Positions 18,896 through 28,364 of a DNA stretch of 64,000 bases are shown piece by piece. The number at the start of each line of letters is the position of its first letter. Position 1 is the first letter of the stretch. The notes below the pieces were generated by a model. The model was not told where the DNA came from. It searched no databases and was given only the letters and a program-made list of their open reading frames with translations. The position numbers and the translations under genes were made by a program. This DNA comes from Promethearchaeota archaeon (GTDB lineage Archaea; Asgardarchaeota; Hermodarchaeia; Hermodarchaeales; Hermodarchaeaceae). The stretch is taken from assembly GCA_048939625.1 (NCBI GenBank), contig JBHLPH010000006.1, positions 1 to 64,000 on the forward strand, given 5' to 3'.

Positions 18896-20659
18896 TTATC
18901 TCCCGCCCCCTGCGCACGCGCAAGCGCAACTTACGCAAGCACAAGCGCACGCGCATGAGCGTCCTGAGAAGGAGCTGCGTGCTGATGGGGGTGGTGGGGG
19001 GCGGAAGGCGGTGGCGATTTGGTTGGCGAGGTTCTGGAATCCGGTGACGACGGAGTTGGCGAAGTGTTGGGTGCCTAATACCGTTGCGTTGGCGAAGTTG
19101 GTGAGGGTGATGGGGGTGGTGGGGCGGATGGGGCCGGTGGGTAAGGTGGCGGCGGGGGTGAGGGTGTGGGGTCGGGGGTGGGCGGCCCAGAGCCACCACC
19201 AGTACCAGCCGGGGACGTAGTAGTGGTCGTAGGTTTTGATGCGGCGTTCGTAGTCGGGGGTGAGGAGGAGCCATTCGGCGTATTCGGTGAGGGCGCTGGC
19301 TTGGGCGGCGGGTGTGATGGCGAGGTCGATTTGGCGCCAGGCTTGGTCGATCATGCGGGTGTAGAAGACTTTGGTGTCGGTGCGGCTATACCCTTCGAGT
19401 TTGCGGGCGGTGGTTTTGATGAGGGTGTTGAGCATGGTGCGGATCTGGGTTTTATGGAGGTTGCCGGACGAGGTGATGGCTTTGAGGAAGAGGCGTTCAT
19501 AATAGTGCAGCCGGCCCTTGCTGCTGGCGGCTTGGGCGATTTCGCTGTGGTTAGGGTGGAAGGTGGGTTTGGCTTTGCCTTCCCGTTGAACCGATATGAG
19601 GTCTTTTTTCAGTAAGCCGAAGACAATCATGGTGAAGACGCGGTCGAGGGGGGTTTCGTTGAGGACGGCGGCTTCGACGACCGTAAGGCCGCGGCGGATC
19701 CCGAGGGCTTCAACTTTGACAGCTGGTGGAAGATAGCCCCGCTTGACGAGGCGGCGACCAGCTCTTGAGAGAACTGCACTTTTGACGACGCTGATGCAGC
19801 AGGCGCCAAAAATGACGATGAAGATTACAGCGTAGATGAGGAATTCACCGTATTCTTCTAAGAAGGCCCAGATGTCAATGCCAGTCGTGGTGCCACCGTC
19901 GGTATAGTAGGTGGTGATGTAGGCTTCGTCATAGGGGAAGCTAATGCCGTGGAGAATGCCTTGATAGTTTGATAAGCTCGTGTATTCCCAGGTGTAGACG
20001 AGGTTAGTATTGGTCCAGTAGTAGCGAGTAGGAACCGCATAATGATATTTGGCCAGTGTGCCGTTGTTGAATCCGTTGGGAAAATGCATGTGACAGCCGA
20101 GATAATCGGTGCCCCGGTTGTAGGCAGAGTCATACCAGGTAGGAGTGAACTCGTATCCAACATAACCGGGGGTGGCAGGATCGGTATCAAGGTAAACCAT
20201 ACGCTGTTGGATTCCCCAAACGAGGATAGTACCATTTTCACCACTTCCGGGTCGAAGAGCAAAAGGAATGAGGATTTGGATACCGATACTAATGACATCA
20301 GACGGTTCAATTGTTGTGAGTTCAATGTATGGGGCGCCTTCCAGGGACCAATAGGCCCGAAAACTGGAGAGCACATAGTAGGAATTGGGAAGACCAATGT
20401 CGATATAGGCGAAATCAGTACCATAATTTTCAAAGGTGATTGAATAATTGATGAGGACAGAGGCGTCCATTTGGGGAATAACGTGGACGGTCTCGTTCAT
20501 GACACGAAAATCATAGTTGAGGGGAAGCGTTCGATAAGAAGCTGAGCCAGATGGTATTGGGTCAGCGGGATGGACTCCCTGGGTGAGAAGAAGGGGGCTG
20601 GCAAAGGTAATGAAGAGACATATCATCAATGTGAGGGAAAAAAGTCGTATTCGTGTCAA
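18896..20659 (-). CDS. DUF2207-like membrane protein with Cys-rich C-terminal tail (SCACACACVSCACACAGGGR)
   Basis: Signal peptide, beta-rich ectodomain, TM, GLTVVEAAVL..MIVFGLLKKDLI and YYERLFL, Trp-rich segment, Cys tail. Confidence 0.8.
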   Translation of the reverse strand: MTRIRLFSLTLMICLFITFASPLLLTQGVHPADPIPSGSASYRTLPLNYDFRVMNETVHVIPQMDASVLINYSITFENYGTDFAYIDIGLPNSYYVLSSFRAYWSLEGAPYIELTTIEPSDVISIGIQILIPFALRPGSGENGTILVWGIQQRMVYLDTDPATPGYVGYEFTPTWYDSAYNRGTDYLGCHMHFPNGFNNGTLAKYHYAVPTRYYWTNTNLVYTWEYTSLSNYQGILHGISFPYDEAYITTYYTDGGTTTGIDIWAFLEEYGEFLIYAVIFIVIFGACCISVVKSAVLSRAGRRLVKRGYLPPAVKVEALGIRRGLTVVEAAVLNETPLDRVFTMIVFGLLKKDLISVQREGKAKPTFHPNHSEIAQAASSKGRLHYYERLFLKAITSSGNLHKTQIRTMLNTLIKTTARKLEGYSRTDTKVFYTRMIDQAWRQIDLAITPAAQASALTEYAEWLLLTPDYERRIKTYDHYYVPGWYWWWLWAAHPRPHTLTPAATLPTGPIRPTTPITLTNFANATVLGTQHFANSVVTGFQNLANQIATAFRPPPPPSARSSFSGRSCACACACVSCACACAGGGR

Positions 20660-20676
20660 GAGATGGGCACTTCCTT

Positions 20677-21066
20677 TTAGTGATCTTTCTCCTTGGTTGT
20701 TTGTTGGTGTATCTCGTTCAAGAGCTTTTGGGCGCGTTCCGAATCGGTTCCGATGAGCTCATCCAGAACACGTTCGTCAATTTCTTCATTGGTGGCTTCC
20801 AGAATAACGCGCCCCCAATACCCACAGTTGAGACAGCGGTATTTGGGGGGAGATATCCCCATAGCTCCTCCGATGTCATACCAGGTTTCCTGCCCACGGA
20901 TGTTAGGTGATTTACATTTGGGGCAAATCTTGAATTTAACCACTTTCCCCTCTTTTTTCAAGTCACCCAGTATCTGGTTGAGTCGTTTGATAATTTCCTC
21001 ACTCGATAATTCTTCAGAGGAGGAATAAGGTGAATCAGGAACCATCGGTGTGTTCAGCTCAATCAA
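20677..21066 (-). CDS. zinc-ribbon protein
   Basis: CPKCKS...YRCLNCGY. Confidence 0.75.
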   Translation of the reverse strand: MIELNTPMVPDSPYSSSEELSSEEIIKRLNQILGDLKKEGKVVKFKICPKCKSPNIRGQETWYDIGGAMGISPPKYRCLNCGYWGRVILEATNEEIDERVLDELIGTDSERAQKLLNEIHQQTTKEKDH

Positions 21067-21142
21067 GGTCCTCAGGGGAGAAGTGTGGAATTGTCTTAGG
21101 TTGGATTAGTAAAGCCAGGCTTTTTTTCTTTCCGTCTTGAGG

Positions 21143-21550
21143 TCACCATTTCACATCTTCAACGAGTTGTGAAACTTTGTTACAGTAGGGGCAGGTGAGG
21201 ACCACGGCACCAATGCGAGGGTCGTAGGCGAGGTGTTCTCGGCTTGGTGTGCCACCACAATTTGGACAGCTAACTTGACTGACGTCAAAGTCCCGTGGTA
21301 AATCGACTTGCGCTTGCACTACTATTCGTTCTGGTTGGCGTTGCCCGATATATCCAAGGATGATGGCAACAACGATCATAATTCCCGCTGCTCCAAAGAG
21401 CACAAGGGCCGTCATTTGGTTTGCAACAAGGTCCCCGACCGTGGCGATTAGAAACATGAGCCCAAGGAACCCTGATGCAATTGCGATGATTCCAAAGAGA
21501 ATTGCGATACAGGTGAGCGCTCTCATATGAGAGAGTGTGCTAGTTTTCAC
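21143..21550 (-). CDS. two-TM membrane protein with C-terminal zinc ribbon
   Basis: Two hydrophobic helices followed by CPNCGG...CPYC. Confidence 0.8.
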   Translation of the reverse strand: MKTSTLSHMRALTCIAILFGIIAIASGFLGLMFLIATVGDLVANQMTALVLFGAAGIMIVVAIILGYIGQRQPERIVVQAQVDLPRDFDVSQVSCPNCGGTPSREHLAYDPRIGAVVLTCPYCNKVSQLVEDVKW

Positions 21551-21683
21551 CTTTTATCCTTTCGTGTTATAACGTGCCAGCATCCCAGAACCGTATTTCA
21601 GGAATTCATATGCCCTTACCACAACTCGACAGGAGTGCCTTTATAGGTTGGCGGACGCGATGAGTGTATAGGAAGTACTCGCA

Positions 21684-22361
21684 ATGGTTCGCCTGCAAGT
21701 CGCATTGGATTTTGAGAATCTTAATGATGCCCTGAAACTAGCGGAAAAGGTTGCACCCTATGTAGATATTATGGAGGTTGGCACACCATTAATTAAGGCA
21801 GAAGGAATTGGGGCGGTCAAAGCAATTAGTAGGGCCCACCCGGATAAGGCAATTTGTGCAGATCTTAAAACAGCTGATGCAGGGTATCTGGAGGTGCGAA
21901 TGGCAGCAAAAGCGTCTGCTAACTTGGTCACTGTGTTAGCTGATGCATATAATGAGACGCTACTTGGCGCACTGCGAGCAGCACACGAATTTGGCGTAGA
22001 GGTCATGGCAGATTTAATCGTCTCCCGTATTCCGATTAGTCGGCTTGCCGATATCCTCGGTTTATCATACAAAGGCACCAATATTCATTATGCCTGTGTT
22101 CATAGTGGCTTAGACCGACGGGCAGCCCGACGTGCCCCCCTGTCAGAATTGGATCAGGTTGCACGACTCCGTGGTCATCCCTGTCTAGCGGTAGCTGGCG
22201 GAATCCGTGTCGCTGACCTGCCAAAAATCTTAGCGTACCCAGTTGAGATAGTGATTGCAGGAGGAGGCATCACGAAGGCGAAGAACCCAGCTAAGGTGGC
22301 ACAATCATTTCAAAAGAAAATTCAAGCGCTTACAACGACTAAGGAGACCAAGGGCAGGTAG
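21684..22361 (+). CDS. hxlA: 3-hexulose-6-phosphate synthase (HPS/KGPDC family)
   Basis: LQVALD, EVGTPLIKAEG, DLKTADAG, VHSGLD, VAGGI. Confidence 0.85.
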   Translation: MVRLQVALDFENLNDALKLAEKVAPYVDIMEVGTPLIKAEGIGAVKAISRAHPDKAICADLKTADAGYLEVRMAAKASANLVTVLADAYNETLLGALRAAHEFGVEVMADLIVSRIPISRLADILGLSYKGTNIHYACVHSGLDRRAARRAPLSELDQVARLRGHPCLAVAGGIRVADLPKILAYPVEIVIAGGGITKAKNPAKVAQSFQKKIQALTTTKETKGR

Positions 22362-22369
22362 TTTTCAGT

Positions 22370-24115
22370 TCATTCAATTTCCTTATCAATCCAAGCAAAC
22401 TTCCGTTGGAGGGTTTTTGAGTAGTAGTCCTTCCAATCGTAATCGACTTGGCGACCCCAATCCCGATAAATGCGGGGATCAATATAGGATTTAAGGCTGG
22501 TTCCCAAATTCCACGTCCGTGTTTTCTTAGCGATATCCACCTGGGCTTTGAGTTTATCCTTGGCTTCTTTCGCTCTCGCAAGCCGCTCTTTCGCGACCTC
22601 TATACTCCTTCGTGCCGTTGCAATAGAAGAAGCATATGGACGATTCTTACCTCGAGGAATCGATTTGCCTTTGGCTTTTAGTTCGTCAAGTTTGGCAGTT
22701 TGCTTTACTTCCAGCTCTTTGAGACGCGCTTGTCGGGCTACAAGGTTTTCTTTCGATTTTTCAATTCGGTCCTTGGCTTTCTTTTGTCGTTCACGAAATC
22801 GTTGTAATCGTTTACTCCAGCCTTTAGGAACCTGTTTGGTGTGATTGCACACAATAGCAGCGTCGAGGTTCGCTTGCTTGGCTGCATTTTTCTTCACCCA
22901 ATTCGGATTGTCTGGTTTGACTTTGGAACGACCTAAGGAGGTCCTTACTGTGCTACTGGCATGAAAGGTTCGAAAGACCTTCGCGGTAAGCCCTGGCATT
23001 ATCTCCGAAAGGTAAGCATTAACATTTCGGCTCTTGACGTCAGGGAAAATTTGGGGTCGATCGCGGCTGGGATGGCTAGGTCCACGACGATTCGCCGTGT
23101 TTGGTACTCGGGCGTTCTCAATTAGAATTCGAAGTTGCTTGACGACTTCCGGTGGGAGTTTAATCGTTTTATGCCATGGCACTGAGTCTTTACCGAGAAA
23201 CTCGAACTCAACAACACCATCGTCTTTTATTATGACATGTTCTGGTCGCAACGTTGTCGCGCCAACTGTATCTGCTTCATCTGGGTCCTTTTCATCACCC
23301 ACACGAAGGCTGAGTACATCAATAAGATAGCACGCGGTGGCGATTTTTCGGCGTCGGGCTTTATTTGAATTCATGTCTTCCTGAATTGCCTGTCGGACGT
23401 TTTTGATGCGTTTTGATAGTTGTTGAGCAACCTCGAACTTCTGGGCTTCACGGTCCTGTTTGATAGAAGCCGTATCTGAGACCCAAACGTACTTGATTTT
23501 TCCAGAGAGTTTGTCCTCCCAGCGGGCAACCCAGAGACTATCGGATTGCCAAATGCGTCCTTTCCAGTTGCCTTCGGGCATAGGGACATCGGGGCTGAGA
23601 TTGAGCGTAATGTCTTTTTGCTGTGGACCAGGTTTCCATCGTCCCCTGAGAGGATGTTTGCCACGCCCCATGAAGATGCAGCTTGGTTCAGCGGTCCAAT
23701 TCGAGATTTCAACTTGTTCTCCGTCAATTTCCGCGTGTCCGTATCGTTCACGGAGGGCTTCACGAATTTCTTTCCGTTGTGCAGCTAGAGCTTTTCGTTC
23801 CTCCGTAGTCATGGCTTCTTTTTTCGCTTGTTCTCGCTCCCGCCGTTTAATGCCCACCCAAAATAAATCTTCTAAGTCAATTTCTTGAGGCTTCAAAACC
23901 GGTTTAATGCTGAGAGCTTTACTGAAATCTTTGAGAAAGTTGCGAACGAAGACCTGGTCTTCCCAGTAACCAAGATGCCGTTTGGCGACAAAAGCCATTG
24001 CCATTTGTTCTTGTTGGGCATCGAGTTCATAATCCGTGCCACGAATTGAAAGAACTAGACCTGTGGGTTCAGGAAGATCTGTGACACGGATACCATGGTG
24101 AACCAATCGTTTCAT
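22370..24115 (-). CDS. topIB: DNA topoisomerase IB (eukaryote-like)
   Basis: EPSCIFMGRGKHPLRG, LRVGDEK, FLGKDS, AKVFRT, CNH, coiled-coil linker, GTSLKSYIDPR with catalytic Tyr. Confidence 0.96.
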   Translation of the reverse strand: MKRLVHHGIRVTDLPEPTGLVLSIRGTDYELDAQQEQMAMAFVAKRHLGYWEDQVFVRNFLKDFSKALSIKPVLKPQEIDLEDLFWVGIKRREREQAKKEAMTTEERKALAAQRKEIREALRERYGHAEIDGEQVEISNWTAEPSCIFMGRGKHPLRGRWKPGPQQKDITLNLSPDVPMPEGNWKGRIWQSDSLWVARWEDKLSGKIKYVWVSDTASIKQDREAQKFEVAQQLSKRIKNVRQAIQEDMNSNKARRRKIATACYLIDVLSLRVGDEKDPDEADTVGATTLRPEHVIIKDDGVVEFEFLGKDSVPWHKTIKLPPEVVKQLRILIENARVPNTANRRGPSHPSRDRPQIFPDVKSRNVNAYLSEIMPGLTAKVFRTFHASSTVRTSLGRSKVKPDNPNWVKKNAAKQANLDAAIVCNHTKQVPKGWSKRLQRFRERQKKAKDRIEKSKENLVARQARLKELEVKQTAKLDELKAKGKSIPRGKNRPYASSIATARRSIEVAKERLARAKEAKDKLKAQVDIAKKTRTWNLGTSLKSYIDPRIYRDWGRQVDYDWKDYYSKTLQRKFAWIDKEIE

Positions 24116-24284
24116 AGAGGAAAAGCCTCATAGTCTCATTTCTGCGCCATCATCGCAATTTGATATTTTAAGCGTTTGGGGAATACTAGAATTGCTAAGT
24201 CATTTCTCCCAAAATCGATTTATGCAGTTTATTGGTGTATCCACTACTTTTTGATCTGAATAAGAGGCTTGTGGGGAGATGGAG

Positions 24285-24701
24285 CTAGTCTGTGGTTCCT
24301 GAACTAGGTAGGAAGTATTGTTCGGCAAAACTGAAAATAGTGTTGCCGAGAAGAGAGCCTGCGAGTCCGAGTAGTCCTCCGATGAGGATTATGATCACTG
24401 CAAGTGCTGTCCCCATGCCTTCTAATCCAGCAAGGGCTCCGAAGAGTTCGAGGACCACAATTCCGCCTAAGGCTGCATGAATCCCAACGAGAATGCCCCA
24501 AGCGATGAAACCACCTAAGAAGCCTACTAAGGCTGCTCGGGAATATCGTTTTACAAAGAACCCTGCGATTGCTGCAGCGATGATTGCGCCGGGCCAACTA
24601 ATTAAATAGAGCAGGATTACTGTCAACACGATGAGGAGAAGGAAGGTTTTGAGGAGATTTTGTTGGGTAAAGGCACCATAGATTCGTTGTGCTATTGTCA
24701 T
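24285..24701 (-). CDS. small Gly/Ala-rich membrane protein
   Basis: 4 TM segments; 6 nt downstream of the acylase gene. Confidence 0.75.
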   Translation of the reverse strand: MTIAQRIYGAFTQQNLLKTFLLLIVLTVILLYLISWPGAIIAAAIAGFFVKRYSRAALVGFLGGFIAWGILVGIHAALGGIVVLELFGALAGLEGMGTALAVIIILIGGLLGLAGSLLGNTIFSFAEQYFLPSSGTTD

Positions 24702-24707
24702 TTGGCA

Positions 24708-27266
24708 TCACCCCGTGAGAATGAGGATAGATTCTACTCGAAATGAAAAGAGCAAGAGATCTTCAATATCAAAGTACATATAATCGATGTGATAATCGCC
24801 GACGAGGAAGAGCTGGAAAAGTTGGTCGCTGTAATGTCTGGAGAGAGGATTACCACTTTGGCCTCCAGGGATTACGCTGAGGGCATGCATCGGTTCATTT
24901 AGATTGACGATAAGGCGTTCGCTTGGACCACCTGATGCAGCACCTTGTTCACGAGCCCACATGTTCACACGAGATGGATTCACAGTGACTCCACTGCCAT
25001 CTGCAGGGATTGGGTCGTGCCCGAGAGCATCTCCCACCATGTGGGTGTAGACGACAAAGTGGAACTTATCCCAAGTCCATAGACTGACATCGGTTCCCTC
25101 TTCGTTAGTTAATCTGGTCATGGCAGCTTGGAATGACCGGACAATAATGTCGTCACGGGTTTCGGTGGTTCCGGTTGTAGTTACATCATCGAACCATGGT
25201 GAATTCGAATTAAACCGTGTGAGATTCTCTAAGATTATTGGGGATGGCCACAGGAGCCCTCCACGGTTAGAGGGGTATTCATCACCGAAGACATCCTCAA
25301 TATAGTAATCAAACCAGGCTCGCCAGATAGTCGGAGCTACCCATTCTTGGAGCATGGTAAAATTCCAAGTGCGTAGTAAATCGATTGCAGCCGAAAGGAT
25401 TGGGTCACTGGTTATTGAAGCAGCGGCATTATCAAAGGCGTCAATAAGGTAAGGAATTAAGGCTTCAGCAGCTGTATCCAAAACATCATTTTGTATACGC
25501 TTCATGTCATCAACGGTCACATCGGTATCGTTTTCGAGCATCTGAATAATTCGTCGTGCCCGGTACCCGGGAGCATATCCTTGATGAATATAATATGGAT
25601 ATGCCGATGGACCCTGCATGGCTGCTAGCTGATTAGCACTGACTACCCAGCCTCGATCAGGATTTAGCGAAAAGGGAAGCTCATCAAAGTCGACGTAATC
25701 AATCCATTCTCCTTCTCCTGCGGACCCATTGTGGGGGAGCCCACCATACCATTCAGCGCGAATCGGCCAATGCCCGGTGGGACGAATCGCTATGTTCCCT
25801 TCCACATCCGCAAATACGATATTCTGCGAGATAGTCCACCAGAATTTCTGTCCTTCAATGAATTCTGTGTAATTTCGTGCCATAGTCATTTTATCAAGTG
25901 CAATCAATTCGTAGCTTGGCTCACCGCCATTCCAGCGCTGAGCAATAACATGGTTATCGTAGCTAGTTCCGACATCAGACATGACTGGTCCGTGAACGGT
26001 ACGACGGATAGTGTGGTGATACGGTGCTTCACCTTTTACCGGAATGATAGTTGTTTCTTCCTCAAAGGTTTGCCATGCCCCATCGTACCAGTATTCATTC
26101 GAATTTGCGGGATTGATATTATAATAGTACCAGTCGATAACATCAGCAGCGACGTTGGTGAAGCCCCAGGCAACATACTCTGTATGTCCGGCAATGATGA
26201 GAGGAACCCCTGGGGGAACAAACCCATAGATATTCCGTCCTGTATCAGCTGCGACAAGATGGGCTTGATACCAGATGGAGGGCACATCCCGGGAAAGGTG
26301 CATGTCATTACATAGAATGGGTTTCGTTGTGGCGGATTTGGTGCTATTAACTGCCCAGTTATTGGAACCAATGAAATCACCTTGCCAACGGGTTAGAATA
26401 TTATCTGGGTCAGGAATGTTTTCCGTCCAGCTCAGGATACCAGAGATGGATTGTTGGAGTGACTCTGGAATGCTAGCGGAATTGATATCACAGGAAGGAG
26501 GGGGAATGTAACTAACACCATATTCAGGGACGACCGGCGTTTGGAGTGGGGGATTCAAGGGAAACAGTTCCCAAGCTGAGTCATTTCCCAGTTCTGCGAT
26601 TGTGTTCGCAAAGCGGAGATCAGAATCAGTCCAAGATAAGCCATAGTCGAGGATACGACCTACAGAGATGGAATCTAAAAGAGTCCATGGCTTTGGACGA
26701 TAATTCAGGAGCTTAAATTCCAATGGGAGATTTGATCCGAGGTTAGTGATATAGAAGTTCACGCCGTCAGCGAATGCTGAAAGATTTTCTCGGAGTGTTA
26801 TGTTATACTCATCTTGTTGAGCAAATACATGGTCAATGGTTTGTTGAGCAGCCCGCTCCATACCAAGGGTTCGGAGAAACCGATCCGCTGCAAGATAATT
26901 GGGACCAAGGATTTCTGCGAGTTGGCCTCGAGCTTGCCGGCGAGTGATATCCATTTGCCAAAGCCGATCTTGGGCTTGGACATATCCAAAGGCAAAAAAT
27001 AAATCTCGTTCGTTGGCAGCGTAGATATGAGGAATCCCCCAATCATCCCGAACGACTGTTACTGAGGCTGAAAGTCCAGGAATATGAACGGAGGCATAAG
27101 GGGGGTGCTCAGCATCTTGATACACTGTCCAAATACCTGTGAAGGGATCAATTAGACCACCGAGTGGTGGAATAATATCCAAGGGAACAATGAGAACAAC
27201 AGACATACTGACGACAAGTGCTACTGCGAGAGCAAGTTTTCCAATTTTTTTACCAGGTAAGGCCAT
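24708..27266 (-). CDS. penicillin acylase family Ntn-hydrolase (peptidase S45), exported
   Basis: RDDWGIPHIYA, GYVQAQDRLWQMD, GSNNWAV autocleavage site, NDMHL, PGGQSGNP.S.HY.DQ. Confidence 0.95.
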   Translation of the reverse strand: MALPGKKIGKLALAVALVVSMSVVLIVPLDIIPPLGGLIDPFTGIWTVYQDAEHPPYASVHIPGLSASVTVVRDDWGIPHIYAANERDLFFAFGYVQAQDRLWQMDITRRQARGQLAEILGPNYLAADRFLRTLGMERAAQQTIDHVFAQQDEYNITLRENLSAFADGVNFYITNLGSNLPLEFKLLNYRPKPWTLLDSISVGRILDYGLSWTDSDLRFANTIAELGNDSAWELFPLNPPLQTPVVPEYGVSYIPPPSCDINSASIPESLQQSISGILSWTENIPDPDNILTRWQGDFIGSNNWAVNSTKSATTKPILCNDMHLSRDVPSIWYQAHLVAADTGRNIYGFVPPGVPLIIAGHTEYVAWGFTNVAADVIDWYYYNINPANSNEYWYDGAWQTFEEETTIIPVKGEAPYHHTIRRTVHGPVMSDVGTSYDNHVIAQRWNGGEPSYELIALDKMTMARNYTEFIEGQKFWWTISQNIVFADVEGNIAIRPTGHWPIRAEWYGGLPHNGSAGEGEWIDYVDFDELPFSLNPDRGWVVSANQLAAMQGPSAYPYYIHQGYAPGYRARRIIQMLENDTDVTVDDMKRIQNDVLDTAAEALIPYLIDAFDNAAASITSDPILSAAIDLLRTWNFTMLQEWVAPTIWRAWFDYYIEDVFGDEYPSNRGGLLWPSPIILENLTRFNSNSPWFDDVTTTGTTETRDDIIVRSFQAAMTRLTNEEGTDVSLWTWDKFHFVVYTHMVGDALGHDPIPADGSGVTVNPSRVNMWAREQGAASGGPSERLIVNLNEPMHALSVIPGGQSGNPLSRHYSDQLFQLFLVGDYHIDYMYFDIEDLLLFSFRVESILILTG

Positions 27267-27355
27267 TTCAAACCCGTCCTGTTGAATTCGTTTATAATGA
27301 GTGCTTCTTCCTAAAAGCAGTTAAGTTCCTTACAGCTCAATACGATTTGGATACA

Positions 27356-28036
27356 ATGTGGCTGCCTTTCCTCGTTTTTGCAATTGTCGGTATCATTCTT
27401 GCCGTCTTAATATTTATTATCGCCACTGAAGGTCGATATTTTGGCAAACGGCTGGTTCGTTGGGGGTATAACCGCCGATCCGTCACCTTTGAAGTTCGAG
27501 ATGATTGGGAGCTTTGGGAACACCTAATCAAGCGACTTAAGATCGAGTCCACAGAGCAGCTACTAGATTTAGGGACACACACCGGTCACTTACCCCGACT
27601 TGTCGCTAGACAGCGAGGATTCAAAGGAGCAGTAGTTGGCATTGACTGGTCAGAAGAAATGGTGCAGGAAGCGCAACGTCAAGTATGTTTGGAGGAGACA
27701 CAGAATAAAGTCCGATTTCTTTGCAGAGATGTACTGCAGCCCTTGCCTTTCAAGGAAAACGCCTTCACTCTCGTAACAGTAGTCACTGGTTTATTGAATA
27801 GTTTGAAATCACCTGAGAAACTCTTTCAGGAGATTAGGCGAGTCTTAACACCACGTGGTCGGGTTGCCTTTCGTTTCACACCCCAAAGCATTGGATACTC
27901 GCCAAAGAAAAAGACTGAATGGTTTATTCGCCAATTAGCCCCATTAGGATTTCACTATGTAGAAACACTATCATGGACGCCAACATATGAGATTCTTGTA
28001 TTACAATTAATTGAGTCGAATGAAAACGAAATCTGA
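27356..28036 (+). CDS. membrane-anchored class I SAM methyltransferase (UbiE-like)
   Basis: N-terminal TM segment; LLDLGTHTG, GIDWSEEM, LPFKENAF, RVLTPRG. Confidence 0.82.
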   Translation: MWLPFLVFAIVGIILAVLIFIIATEGRYFGKRLVRWGYNRRSVTFEVRDDWELWEHLIKRLKIESTEQLLDLGTHTGHLPRLVARQRGFKGAVVGIDWSEEMVQEAQRQVCLEETQNKVRFLCRDVLQPLPFKENAFTLVTVVTGLLNSLKSPEKLFQEIRRVLTPRGRVAFRFTPQSIGYSPKKKTEWFIRQLAPLGFHYVETLSWTPTYEILVLQLIESNENEI

Positions 28037-28047
28037 TATCAGGTTGT

Positions 28048-28317
28048 TTAGGGAAGCTCGCGGGTCAGTACCCAGTAGGGTTTCCCTGGAACGCGATGGC
28101 GGTAAATCTCGAACCGTTTACCTTTTTCAACCTTTACGACGAAATAATCCCGATGCTTGCGTCGATACCATGTACTCCGAAGATCTAAACGCCGATTGCT
28201 AGCTTCTATCTCGACGATTTTGTATTTCCGACCTCGCCACGTAAAACTAACTGGTTTCTCGAGATCGACGACTTCGACAGAAATACGTTCTCCGATAAAT
28301 TGGCTTTGATTGGACAT
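28048..28317 (-). CDS. DUF6504-like small protein
   Basis: PVSFTWRGRKY..W..RDYFVV..GKRFEIY..W pattern. Confidence 0.65.
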   Translation of the reverse strand: MSNQSQFIGERISVEVVDLEKPVSFTWRGRKYKIVEIEASNRRLDLRSTWYRRKHRDYFVVKVEKGKRFEIYRHRVPGKPYWVLTRELP

Positions 28318-28364
28318 TGGATATTCAAATTCCTTTGAACCCGTAACTTTTTTTACATTCCTGT

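Noticed and set aside
17191-19615. Pro/His/Thr-rich and Gly/Val-rich overlapping ORFs
   Set aside because: Artefacts of the extreme C/G skew, which depletes stop codons in alternative frames
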